Of a stretch of DNA of 51,417 nt, positions 32,571 through 44,222 are shown piece after piece. Positions within the stretch are counted from its first letter, which is position 1. Each line of letters opens with the position of its first letter. The notes beneath the pieces were generated by a model. The model was given only the letters and a program-made list of their open reading frames with translations, was not told the DNA's origin and did not search any database. The position numbers were made by a program, and so were the translations under genes. Source of the stretch: Priapulus caudatus (Eukaryota); assembly GCF_000485595.1 (NCBI RefSeq), contig NW_014577066.1, positions 1 through 51,417 on the forward strand, given 5' to 3'.

Positions 32571-33493
32571 TTAATTCTATGGTCCAGTGATTGATTTTGA
32601 GTTGTTCTTGTAATTGTGTACAAACTTCGTGCAGCAGGTGGCAGCACCATGTAATGGACTGGAATCCAGTGAATATGTATTACAAAGCATTTTACACAAT
32701 CGTGCTTTCTCATATGAAAAGAATGTGTAATTCTGACGGCTAGCAGAATAGTCAGCTAGTAAAATACATGTACTGTAAAATTTTAAAAATCTGATTCGTT
32801 TTATTATCTATATATATATGGAATGTAAATGAGTAAGAGATGTATTCTGGAAAAAAACTAAACATGTTACTGCAACAATGTAACATGGCAGCATGCAACA
32901 GTTTTTGAGGTGAACGGAACACTAACATTCAAATTAGAGTTACAGACTGTTTTATGATGGTAGCCAGATTAGTAAAACTGTGCAGTGTGCCATTGCAAAG
33001 GGTTTTGAAATCTTGACAGTCTAAATGGGTGTCTGTTGCAGCACGTAACTTTTGCAGAAATTATATATGCATTAGTTGTAAACCTCAAATTGACCGAATT
33101 AGTTGTATGTAAATATGGGACATTGGCATGAAATTCAATATTAATGGTTAGTCCAACTAGCAGATCTGAAAATATGATTTAGTTCTTCCTTGTGCGCACT
33201 TGTCCTTGCAATTTAATTTCGTGCATGTTTACACCCTGAGTGAATTTGAATTAATATATGTACAAACTACATACGTGGCTGGCTTGTTTCAAGGCAGGGG
33301 AAAAAATACACGGGAGCAACGAGCGATTTCGCTCTGGTAAGCTCTAAAATCGCTCTGGTAAGAACAATAACGGGAGCGATCGTCCGAGAGAAAATCGCTC
33401 CCCTGGGCTGATAAATTGAAATATACACAAGTACGAGTTAGTACGTACATACAGCGAGCGCTACATCTATACCGTGCATGCAGCAGAGGCTTA

Positions 33494-34384
33494 AGCTGGG
33501 TTTGCACTGATGATTATATGCAGTCACGTTGGCGTTTTTCTTCTTTCTACCAACCTCTATATAATATATTCAAAGCTCTTACGTTATCGACCGCGAGGCG
33601 GCAAACGTTTCAACATTTGACCCGTAGCGTGCGCGCGGGACGACGCGGATACGCATTTTTGCATGTATTACATACCGCCAGCGTGGCGCCTAAAGCAAAA
33701 ACGTGCTCTCCCCCTAGGGTGGAGGGACATACCCCTGCAGGGTTCTCCCCAGGATGAAATTCAAACAGGGGGAGGGGAGAGGAGGGGGAAGGGGGGGGGA
33801 ACTAGGGGGGTCCGGGGGGCGTGTTTTTTTACTGTACCACTAATTAATGCGTAAAATCGTCACCACACCACAGAGGGTATTTGGGGTTCTTGTATATATA
33901 AGATAGCCGAGTCGGTGTACAGTTATTGTTGGGTGTGGGACGTGTTGACTGTTTGCACTTGTGTATTGTGTGCAGTGCATGCGTGGGTAAAAATACACGC
34001 GCCGGGTGTCCTGGTCGGGTGTCCTGGTCGAATGAGAATTCTTGACGATCGATTCCCGCGCTGGCAAACTTTTATTGTGGTGGAATTTAAACGGGGCGCA
34101 AGGATTGAAACAGGGGGGAGTTTTCCCAAACGGGGCGCGCGCGCCCCGTTTGCGCAACGTAGGGAGAACCCTGCCCTGATTGCTGTTGTCTGATTGGCCA
34201 CTTGGCAAAAAAATGTCCAACTCGCCCGCTTCGAGTTGGGGAAATTAGAACATGTTCTAATCTTCCGACTCGCTGCTATCAATCAGTTGGACGTGCGACT
34301 TTTGCGTTTACACTGGCGATTGTCAGTTGCCAAACTGCCAAGTTCGTACAATTTGGCAACTCAAAATCGTCAGTAAACCCAGCT
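33494..34384. mobile_element. PIF/Harbinger-like MITE nested in 33295-35277
   Basis: tta|AGCTGGGTTTGCACTGATGATT...AATCGTCAGTAAACCCAGCT|ta. Confidence 0.65.
33738..34173. mobile_element. TIR MITE, CAGGG termini, 5-bp TSD
   Basis: CAGGGTTCTCCC...GGGAGAACCCTG; CCCTG at 33733-33737 and 34174-34178. Confidence 0.78.
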
Positions 34385-36172
34385 TATGTATCCGCTGCAG
34401 CTGGCGCTGGCTAGATCAACCCGCTGACGCATAATAAAATACAATTGATAATAAAAGTTATACAACAGAGTGTATAACTAGAAACTGTTGACACTTTCAT
34501 TCATATTTAAATTTAACTTGACAATAATACCAGCTGAATCCAGCTCTCGCCTTGTATTAATCTGCAATGATGTGGTTACAATTGCATTCATACATTGTCT
34601 GTTGAAACTATGAATGATAATCAATGATAAACTATGCAGACAGATGTGATGTGATGTCACAGACTCACAGGCACACATCTCTGTGAGACTGTGACAAATC
34701 AACCGTGTACTTTCTTATTTTGAGACTGAAAAAAGTAACAAACAACTACACAGTGGTATTTTTATATATAAAAACATTAATTTGTATTTAAACGAAAAGA
34801 TAAAGTGGTTCATTCTGTATGTTTATTACAGAGTAACAAAACAATAAGCAATCTAGAAGTAGTGACTAGTGAAGCATGTGTACATGTAGAGAGAGAAGAG
34901 TGAGAAGGGGAGTGGCAGACAGAATGGTAGTATGGTACTATGATAGAACTTAGAAGATGGGAGAGGTCAGAGGTGTCGGAGCCTCGGAGGCGGCATTGTG
35001 AATGCGTATGGATTCACAGGATGTTTGGATCATGAGGTACAAGTGTGATTAGTGATATGTAGTAATGTAAATATAATTATAATAGGTAAATGTATTAACA
35101 GAAAATTTGACACACTCATGGAATTAATAATACATACAATTTACATTGATGTCCCCATCCCCACAAATAAAATAAGAGTACATTATATTACATATTTTTC
35201 GAAAATTTGAAACTGAAAATGGCTCTGGTAAATTTTTGACAAGTCAGAAAAATGGCTCTGGTGGAAAAAAAACCCTGTTTCAAGATGTAGGTAAACTGTA
35301 AGGAGCAGGAAGCGAGACGAGCAAAAATTCTTATTCATGATACTTTGGCCCCACCAGTTGTGTAGGATGTACGAAATTTACAATATTTATTAGAAAATCC
35401 CATAGGTTGAATATGGCAGTCAGTTTTTAATGAAAGCATTGATAGCTACTAGGAACAGTTTTATGTGTGTATTGGTAAATCAGAGTTACAGCCTCGGTCT
35501 GTGTTAGACAATTCCAGTGGTCAGGTTGACAGAATTTTTTAGTGTGAAAATATAAATATATTTACGACGACCGAAGACACTTCTAAGATGGTTAGGCAAA
35601 AGTCACATGTATTCTATATATATATCCTCAGGAGTAGATAATAGGGAAGGAGTGTGACTTCAATAAACAAGGGAAATTCGTCATTTACTAGCCTTATAAT
35701 TCCTACGAATTACTACGCGTAACTTATCCAACTTGAGCTCAAATCGTACACAGTACCTTCGCCTAGCATCGTGCGAAATCGTTTCCTCGTATACACCCGC
35801 AATCCGGAGATACAGACTAAAACGTACGACACGATTTTTCATTCTGTTGCCAGCAAACTCGATGCGTTCGGAGCCTAACTTGAAACAAAAGGCAGCTACT
35901 AACGCTCGGCGATGCGGTGTGCCTGATATCGTCCATCTCCTATAAAGCTGAATTCCTATGTAAATTGGGAAGTCTACACTGTCTTGATTCTTTACCATAT
36001 GATGATATTAGTAATGGGCATTATATGGCCACCTATACTTAGGCATACATCCTTCTCGCTATATAAATATAATTTAGTGTGAATATTTAATTGAATTTGG
36101 ACGTGTGATTATGAGTTTTCGTTGCTAGAATAACATATAAATAAATGTATTTATTTAATGTGCATTGCATAT

Positions 36173-37175
36173 TTATTAGCTCATCTGACATAGTCAGATG
36201 CAGCTTGTAGAATCGCATGAGCGTTCGTCCGTGCGTCCGTGAGTCAACAGTTGGGCACAAATCTTAACCGCTCGACGTACGGTCACGATATTCGGGATGT
36301 GTGGGGATAATCCGAAAACGAGTTGGGATGTTGAAGCTGGGGGTCAAAGGTCAAAGGTCAAGTGGTGTAAAAGAAGGGGGAACATCCCCTCCTTAACTTA
36401 AGGTATAGGGAGGAAATGCAGAATTGTGGCACAAATCTAAACGGCTCCACCTAGGCTCGTGATAGTCGGTGTATAGCATCATGGTAGGGAAAGCCATCAC
36501 TGCCGAAATTGGAGGTCACAGGTCAAAGGTCAATGGGGAACAGGGCAGATTTTAGACATTTTCTGAGGACATGGTCTGACGGAGCGATTGAAAAACTTTC
36601 TTGTTTCAGCGGTGACCTACCATTTTTATGGCTTTATTGAAAGGACCATGAAATGTACTTTCCAAAGAGTAAGTGTCGGATAACATTTTGACCCTCAAGA
36701 GGAGGGTTAAACATTGATTTGTTGACAGTTAACAAAGGACTGAACTGCTTTTGCTATTATTAGAGCTCATACCTGTGTGAATGTGAGGCTACAGTTGCAC
36801 AGTTGAATTGCAAAGGCAAATGTTTGTTGAACAAGGTTTACTCTCCTTAAATCATATTATTTTCTAAAACAGTGTCTATAGCACCCTGAAGGCTGAATCA
36901 GTGAATGCTCGCGTGGGTAGGCAAAAGCACGGGGCAGCCCATGGCTGGCACGCTTCTAATCATAATTGTTGCCTGCCAACCTGCAATGCACATGTGTCTG
37001 CAATGCATAGAGATTAGGTGGGTGCGAAAGTGTAGCTGATATATTTGTTCGAATTGGCTACGAAAGTCGAACAAGAATAAAGAATACTTATGTATAAGAC
37101 GTCTTGCTATGCACAAATGAATTTATCAGCAGAACACCAGACACCAGATGAGCCCTGTCGCACTGCGGCACTTGT
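36173..37175 (+). mobile_element. Helentron-associated non-autonomous element (HINE/DINE-1-like)
   Basis: 5' TTATTAGCTCATCTG followed by a short IR (cagatgcagct), a GTCC-type microsatellite, ggtcaaaggtca core repeats, 3' subTIR cagatgagc, a small stem-loop and a CTTGT end. Confidence 0.7.
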
Positions 37176-37933
37176 CTTTGTTCAGATTATTACCAGTTTT
37201 CAGAAACGAAGTAGATTGAATATTCGCTCGTGAGATACGTGACCTGATTTATTTCATTCACATTTAAAATGATGTAAATACAGTGCTCATTAATGTGATG
37301 TTTCTAGCCAATAGACTGTCACGTATTGATTGCAACTACGTAAATGTTGCTGCATATTCATGTATGTATATTGAAAGAGCTAAAAGGTATTGGGACAGTT
37401 TGCGTACACAGGGTCAAACAACAGCATATTTTTTACGTTTCGCCACTATTTGCATATAGTAACTGCTGGCGTGTTTGTTAAGCGAGATGACAGTGTGCCT
37501 GCCCTATAGTGCATTGTTATCAAGGATTTCTGTGGAGGAGCATGAACTAGAGTTGTGAACCTGCGTCCATCGATTGTTTGACATCGATTTAATTATCTTC
37601 CCCTGGTGCCGCGTACCTTCATTATCCGACTCTCGCAGCATTCATGGCATCATTGCGAGAACATTTAACGAACGAGTCGGCAGTTTCCTACTTGTATACG
37701 TGTCATGTGTAATATCATAACGTCATTGTGCTACACATGCATGCGTGTGTGCGTGTGTCTGCCTTGCCTGTCTGTCCACCTGCTCATCTGCCTATGTGCT
37801 TGTGATAATGTGCACGCGTGCATGTGTTTGCGTGCATGAATGCGTGCCTGCCTCGTATGTGTGCCTGCTCGCGCACTTATGTGCGTGCATGCCAACGTGT
37901 GCTTGCACGAGGTTCTGTGGGTCCGTACATGTG

Positions 37934-38431
37934 CAGTGCCAGGTTTTTTTTGGGTTGTCCGGAAGACAACCAAGAGAGTAGCATATGGTTGTCCCTCAAG
38001 AGTTTTGGTTGTCCGGATATTATTTAAACATGTGTTGCATGCGCTCTGCTCACGTGATGCTCAGGGCTGTAAAGCAAAAGGCCTAATCATGTACATTTTG
38101 TACGTATTGCAGTGACAGCAGACATGGCCATTCGCATTGTTTCACTCATTATATGAAGAGAATAAAATATTGGTAATGTGGTAAATGATGCTGGGATCAA
38201 TGACGTATAATAATAGTAATTAAAAGTTGCATGAAATTTATTTCATAACATTTACATTAACACTGTGTCAAGTCACAGATGAGCTCAAATTGAAAATTAA
38301 CAAATTAAAAAAAAAAAATTCAAAATTAATTTAGAGGTTGGACACCGGACAACCACGGAAGCAATTTGTAGTTGCCTGAGAGAAAATCCAGTTGTCACGG
38401 ACGACCGGACGACTGTTAAAATTGAGCACTG
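37934..38431. mobile_element. TIR MITE related to 3578-5257, 5-bp TSD
   Basis: CAGTGC...GCACTG; GGTTGTCC/GGACAACC subterminal motifs; ATGTG at 37929-37933 and 38432-38436. Confidence 0.78.
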
Positions 38432-40846
38432 ATGTGTATCTGCCAATGTACTCATGTATTAGCCTGCATGTGTGCATTTAAAGGGCAACGTGTATGTAGC
38501 ATTGTACCTGCTGATGTACTTGCATACTTGGCTGTGTGCGTGCATCCGAAGGTGTACTTGCTAATGCACTAACGTGCAGGCGTACACGCATCCAAGGATG
38601 CATGTGTACGTGGTACGTGTCATGCTAGGGTGTGTGTGTGTGCCTGGTTATACCGTCTCTCTTGTATGCTGTGTAGGCTGAGTGTGACTTGGGCAAGTGC
38701 ATGCATCGAACGGATGCACTACCTTACCACATCCCACGATGGTGTGGCCGTTCAAAGACCTCACTCATGCATTAGTGACTTACGGGTAGAAATCGGACGT
38801 AAACCAGAACGTGTGCTCTCAATGTTTTTCTGACGCTGCATGTCCCACAACCGATGGCCCTTTCGAACATTAGGAGTTCCTGAAGCGTGCTATGTAATCA
38901 CTTCATAATAACTCCTAACTGAACCCCTCACGCCCACTTGTTAGATGTATTAACACTAGATGTGTGGTAGTAAAATCGTGTGTCAGTCGAGCGACGCGAG
39001 GGGTGTGTGTGGGTGAGGGAGCCAGTAGTTGGTTAGAGCGAACCAAACGGGTGTGTAATTATTTTTGTACAAGTTAAAAGGTCTGAAAGGTCTAATCAGT
39101 GTGATAGATTTCTAGGCAGCCTGAATAATTGAGAACCGCGTGGCGCGGCAGTCGTGATTGCGCACTAAAAAGAGCGGAAGGTGGGAAAGGCGCTAGCTTG
39201 CCCGGGCAATCTGCTGTCTGTCGTCGTTGCTGCAGCGTGCGCGATGCGGTGCGCCACCTTGTTGGCTCATGTTTGTCCAGCTGAATGTCGGCTCCTTTGG
39301 AAACTCTGGGTGGCTGCCTGTTACTCGAAAATCTGTCAATATAGTCGCGATCGCTCTGCAAGTTTTTTGGGGGACCTGTAGGTCTGTCGCGAAATCTCCG
39401 CCTTTGATAACCTGTAGCGACAACGACAACGACCGAGAGTTGATTTTAGGTTGATCACAATAGGTCCAACCCAATTATAAACATGCTGTGCTGCATCTTG
39501 TAGTTGTCGTTACTGTGTTAACATTTTGCTAACTACCCTCTAAAGAGGAAAGGTCTCCTGAAGCCTCTGATACGAGTGTGGGTGCTGGCACAAGTAGCAT
39601 ACCTGTCAGCATTTAAAAGCCTGGGGAGTTTTGTTTGTGCTCTTATTAGTCCTAAGTACTGTTCTTCTTGGTAGATTACAGTATTAACATATATCCTGTA
39701 GGTGGGGGGGGAGGGGTTCTATGGTTAGGTCGAATATATAAGTTTCCTGTACTTAAGAGTGAATATTTACAATGTTTAAAGAAAACCCAAATTTGATTTG
39801 TTAAAACTTAATCATGTCAAAGAAGGTTCAAATCATATTTTATACAGGCATTACATGGTTAAAGTTAAAAAAAATCTTATTAAATAGTGTAATTGTGGTC
39901 GATTTTGTGTTTTGGTGCTTGTTTTCACAATCGCGATCCTGGCATCGTGACATCGGATCAAAATTATGTGATTATACATTGTATAAATTACAATTAAATA
40001 ATAAAAAAAGTTGATGCCAGGTGCGACGGAGTGACGTGGTGATAGCTCGTCAACGAAATACCAATACGCTTTTGATGATCCACGCCATTGTAAGCTTCCC
40101 TGCCATGTTATGTGCATATAACGACGTTTAAACTCGAATGGAAACCGAAAAGATACGCGCCGCTGATCGATGTTGCTGTGTGAGGGGGTGGTGGCGGTTA
40201 TCTGCTCGTAGAGATGTAGCGATCTGCTACTGCTACTGCTGCTGCTGCTGCACTCGAACAGGCACGATGCCTGGCAACGTGCCACTAATGGAAATTGAAC
40301 ACGTATGCGCGTGCTATGCCTCACAATTTCACCTATGAGAGCACTGGAAGGTAGACGTGTTGCGTTTTTTCCCACCGCGTGCGAATCCGATTCAGCGAGC
40401 GATTAAATTTCATCACCGCGAGATATCAGCTATCGCCGTAAATTCGCTTCACTTTCAGGAAGTCGACACGTTCTCGGAAACTCGGCGTAATAGTTTTCGG
40501 TTTATCTGGAATTGTGTTTCCGTAATATATTCAATGAATTATAAGTTGTCACGGTCGTAAAAGATTTACGCAGTGTGGAAAGGTGATCCCATCCACTCAC
40601 ATTTTGGCCCATTGTACGCGTACATACACGCGAGGATGCACGCTGCTGTATACCTTAATCGCCTAATTAAGGTTAATTATATAGTTAGTTGGATTAAATA
40701 ACAGATTAATTATGCTGTGGTATTCTCAAACAAGAATAATGCCATATATAGCATGTAACTTCTGTTGATGGTGGCTGCAGCATTGTAGTTCGACATGTTC
40801 CTCATTGTGTGTGACACAATGTAGAGTATTAATGCCATGTATGTAA

Positions 40847-41129
40847 AGCGGGCAGCACACTTCACCATTTTCGTTGCTCGTACAGACAATTTTCGTGGTC
40901 GCCACAAAAATGCCCAAGTGTGCGGGGGCCGGCAACGACCACTCACCACGGAAATTTAGTGGTGACCACGAGTTGCCGAGAATCAAACCAGTTTGATTTC
41001 TCACCACAAAAATTGCTCGTGGTGGCAACTTGTGGTGAAGTGTGCTGTGACGCGGCTACGGTCACAAACATTGCTGACCACGAAAATTGCCTGTACGAGC
41101 AACGAAAATGGTGAAGTGTGCTGCTAGCT
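40847..41129. mobile_element. PIF/Harbinger MITE (TAA TSD)
   Basis: TAA|AGCGGGCAGCACACTTCACCATTTTCGTTGCTCGTACAG...CTGTACGAGCAACGAAAATGGTGAAGTGTGCTGCTAGCT|TAA. Confidence 0.85.
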
Positions 41130-42968
41130 TAATAAGCACTGAAGCGAGATCTAGTCTCAGGTGTTGGATTGCATTAGGTGTTAGGTTCAAATTTCAGCAT
41201 TGGCAATGGAGCCAGATTAGTTGGTGCCCAGATAAGCGAAATCTCGAGCAAGATATTGAAATTAATACGCCCGCTAGCGGTATTAAATTAATTAATTTCC
41301 TATAATAGCGCTATCTGTCAGTATTTCACACCTGGTGTTGTGCTGAGGAAAGAGTGGGCGTGCCTAAGTTTGACTTACATTGCTTAGCTCTTGAGTAGGT
41401 GGTGACGCGTTCCTACTTAAATGGTGAGTAGTGCTTTAATTGTCATCAAGCCCTAATGCTTCCAAATTGTGCGGAAAAAAAATTGTCAAAACAGATGTCT
41501 ATTAATTGACCCCTTAAGTTAAAATAATGAAATTCCTACATTACCTTACATTTTATAATCGTGACCTGTAAACATTAAAATAGTATTGTTTTATTTAGAA
41601 CCCATCAGATGCATACGAAAGCACTCGTGCGGGAATCAACCTATAAGTAGAAAGGCCACAATTAAGTGTACTGCTGGTACATGGCTAAGCAGAAATGACT
41701 GTGAAGTTAATTTGGCTACTAGTATTCGTGTAACGGTATGCTGCCGGAACGTAATACTTCTCGTAAAAGTTCGCAAGCAGTTACAATTGCCGTTTATTGT
41801 ATGTTTCTGGATAGTTATCCAGAATCATCACAATGAACAAGCGCATTTTCTTGTAGTTTGGCTTGTTTATGTGTTAGTGCTAATTCCGATTGTCTAAGCA
41901 GGTTGTAAGGGAAAAGTGTCACCAATTAGGCATATGTAGCCAGTAGGTAAAAGTGTGTACCCTGTTCTTGAGAATTGTGGTTTCTGAGTGCAGTGTTTTA
42001 TCCGTTTTTTGAAAATTTGGTGGTTTAACTTCTCACCATTTAAAGCGATTATTGCGAGAATTTTCCAGTGTTTTCCCCACTTTCATGATACCTACCGTTA
42101 TTGCTCGAGTAACAGCAATTGTTTAGAATAACAATAAAATGTCTTAGAACCTTCGAACCACCGAATACTGCCAGTTTCGAACTTATCGTTTTTGTAAACA
42201 TTCGTTTTCTGTCATCTTGAACTAACAGGAAGTATGCATTAGCTTGTGGCGCCACCGCTTATCTGCCATACCCACAGTGAAGGCACGCACTTGTTTTCAA
42301 TTCATCACCGACACAAATACAAGATTACCAATTCTGCCATTAGGCATTGTCGCAACATGATAAAATGCATTGCTGTTACGATGTGTTCATATCTAATTTT
42401 CTATGCTATAACTGCAGAAAATCGTAGTATTTTTAATGTTGGTGTAATCAGTGATATTTTCGCTGTCAGGTGAGACTATATTCAGCTATATTTAGTTTTT
42501 CTGAGCAAAAATCTCGCAATAGTCAGTTTAAGTGAAAGCACTGTTGTTCTAATGTGCAATGAAATCGTACTTCATCTTGCCTCGTTGCTTGGTTGCTATG
42601 GTACCCCCTGAACAGTCTAGGCTTTCCTGTATTTGGCCACCAAACTTCCCCATTTTCGTATATTGCCGTTGCAGAACTTAGGAGCGAATACATACGGAAA
42701 TTTTGCGATATAAGTTCCTGCATGGACAGCTTTTCTCTCGGGCCTTGGAAATTAAGCCCCACGGGCTTGGTCCCAGTTAGATGGTGTTATTCTAGTAGGT
42801 AGAGGGTGTTCCCTGCAGCTCAACGGACTCGTAACCTGTATTGGTTTCCTAGTCGGAGTGGTTGGACTATCTGAGAGCAGCTGCCTCAGTGGCGCAGCGC
42901 GACTATTAAGGAAATGAAGTGGATGTACGTACACGACAAAACCGTATTAAACTTGACAGTGTTACAAA

Positions 42969-44222
42969 CTAGGACGCGCTAGCAGCCCTAGCGTGCATTA
43001 CATTGTACGTAGCGCGTACGTACTAGAACGCGCTAGCGGTCCTAGCATGCATTACATTGTACGTAGCGCGTACGTACTAGAACGCGCTAGCGGCCCTAGC
43101 GTGCATTACATTGTACGTAGCGCCTACGTACTAGAACACGCTAGCGGCCCTAGCGTGCATTACATTGTACGTAGCGCGTACGTACTAGAACGCACTAGCG
43201 GCCCTAGCGTGCATTACATTGTACGTAACGCGTACGTACTAGAACACGCTAGAGGCCCTAGCGTGCATTACATTGTACATAGTGCGTACGTACTAGAACG
43301 CACTAGCGGCCCTAGCGTGCATTACATTGTACGAAGCGCGTACGTACTAGAACGCACTAGCGGCCCTAGCGTGCATTACAATTTACATTGTACATAGCGC
43401 GTACGTACTAGAACGCGCTAGCGGCCCTAGCGTGCATTACATTGTATTATATAGCGTGTACGTACTAGAACGCGCTAGCGGCCCTAGCATGCATTACATT
43501 GTACGTAGCGCGTACGTACTAGAACACGCTAGCGGCTCTAGCGTGCATTACATTGTACGTAGCGCGTACGTACTAGAACACGCTAGCGGCCCTAGCGTGC
43601 ATTACATTGTACGTAGCGCGTACGCACTAGAACACGCTAGCGGCCCTATAGCGTGCATTACATTGTACGTAGCGCGTACGTACTAGAACACGCTAGCGGC
43701 CCTAGCGTGCATTACATTGTACGTAGCGCGTACGCACTAGAACACGCTAGCGGCCCTAGCGTGCATTACATTGTACGTAGCGCGTACGTACTAGACCACG
43801 CTAGCGGCCCTAGCGTGCATTACATTGTACGTAGCGCGTACGTACTAGAACACGCTAGCGGCCCTAGCGTGCATTACATTGTACGTAGCGCGTACGTACT
43901 AGAACGCGCTAGCGGTCCTAGCATGCGTTACATTGTACGTAGCGCATACGTACTAGAACACGCTAGCGGCCCTAGCGTGCATTACATTGTACGTAGCGCA
44001 TACGTACTAGAACGCGCTAGCGGTCCTAGCATGCATTACATTGTACGTAGCGCGTACGCACTAGAACACGCTAGCAGCCCTAGCATGCATTACATTGTAC
44101 GTAGCGCGTACGTACTAGAACACGCTAGCGGCCTTAGCGTGCATTACATTGTACGTAGCGCGTACGTACTAGAACACGCTAGCGGCCCTAGCGTGCATTA
44201 CATTGTACGTAGCGCGTACGCA
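42969..44222. repeat. 54-bp minisatellite, about 23 copies
   Basis: Unit gtgcattacattgtacgtagcgcgtacgtactagaacacgctagcggccctagc. Confidence 0.95.

Larger units (their letters stand above)
33295..35277. mobile_element. hAT-type non-autonomous element
   Basis: CAGGG...CCCTG; GCTCTGGT subterminal repeats at both ends; 8-bp TSD tttcaagg / tttcaaga. Confidence 0.72.
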
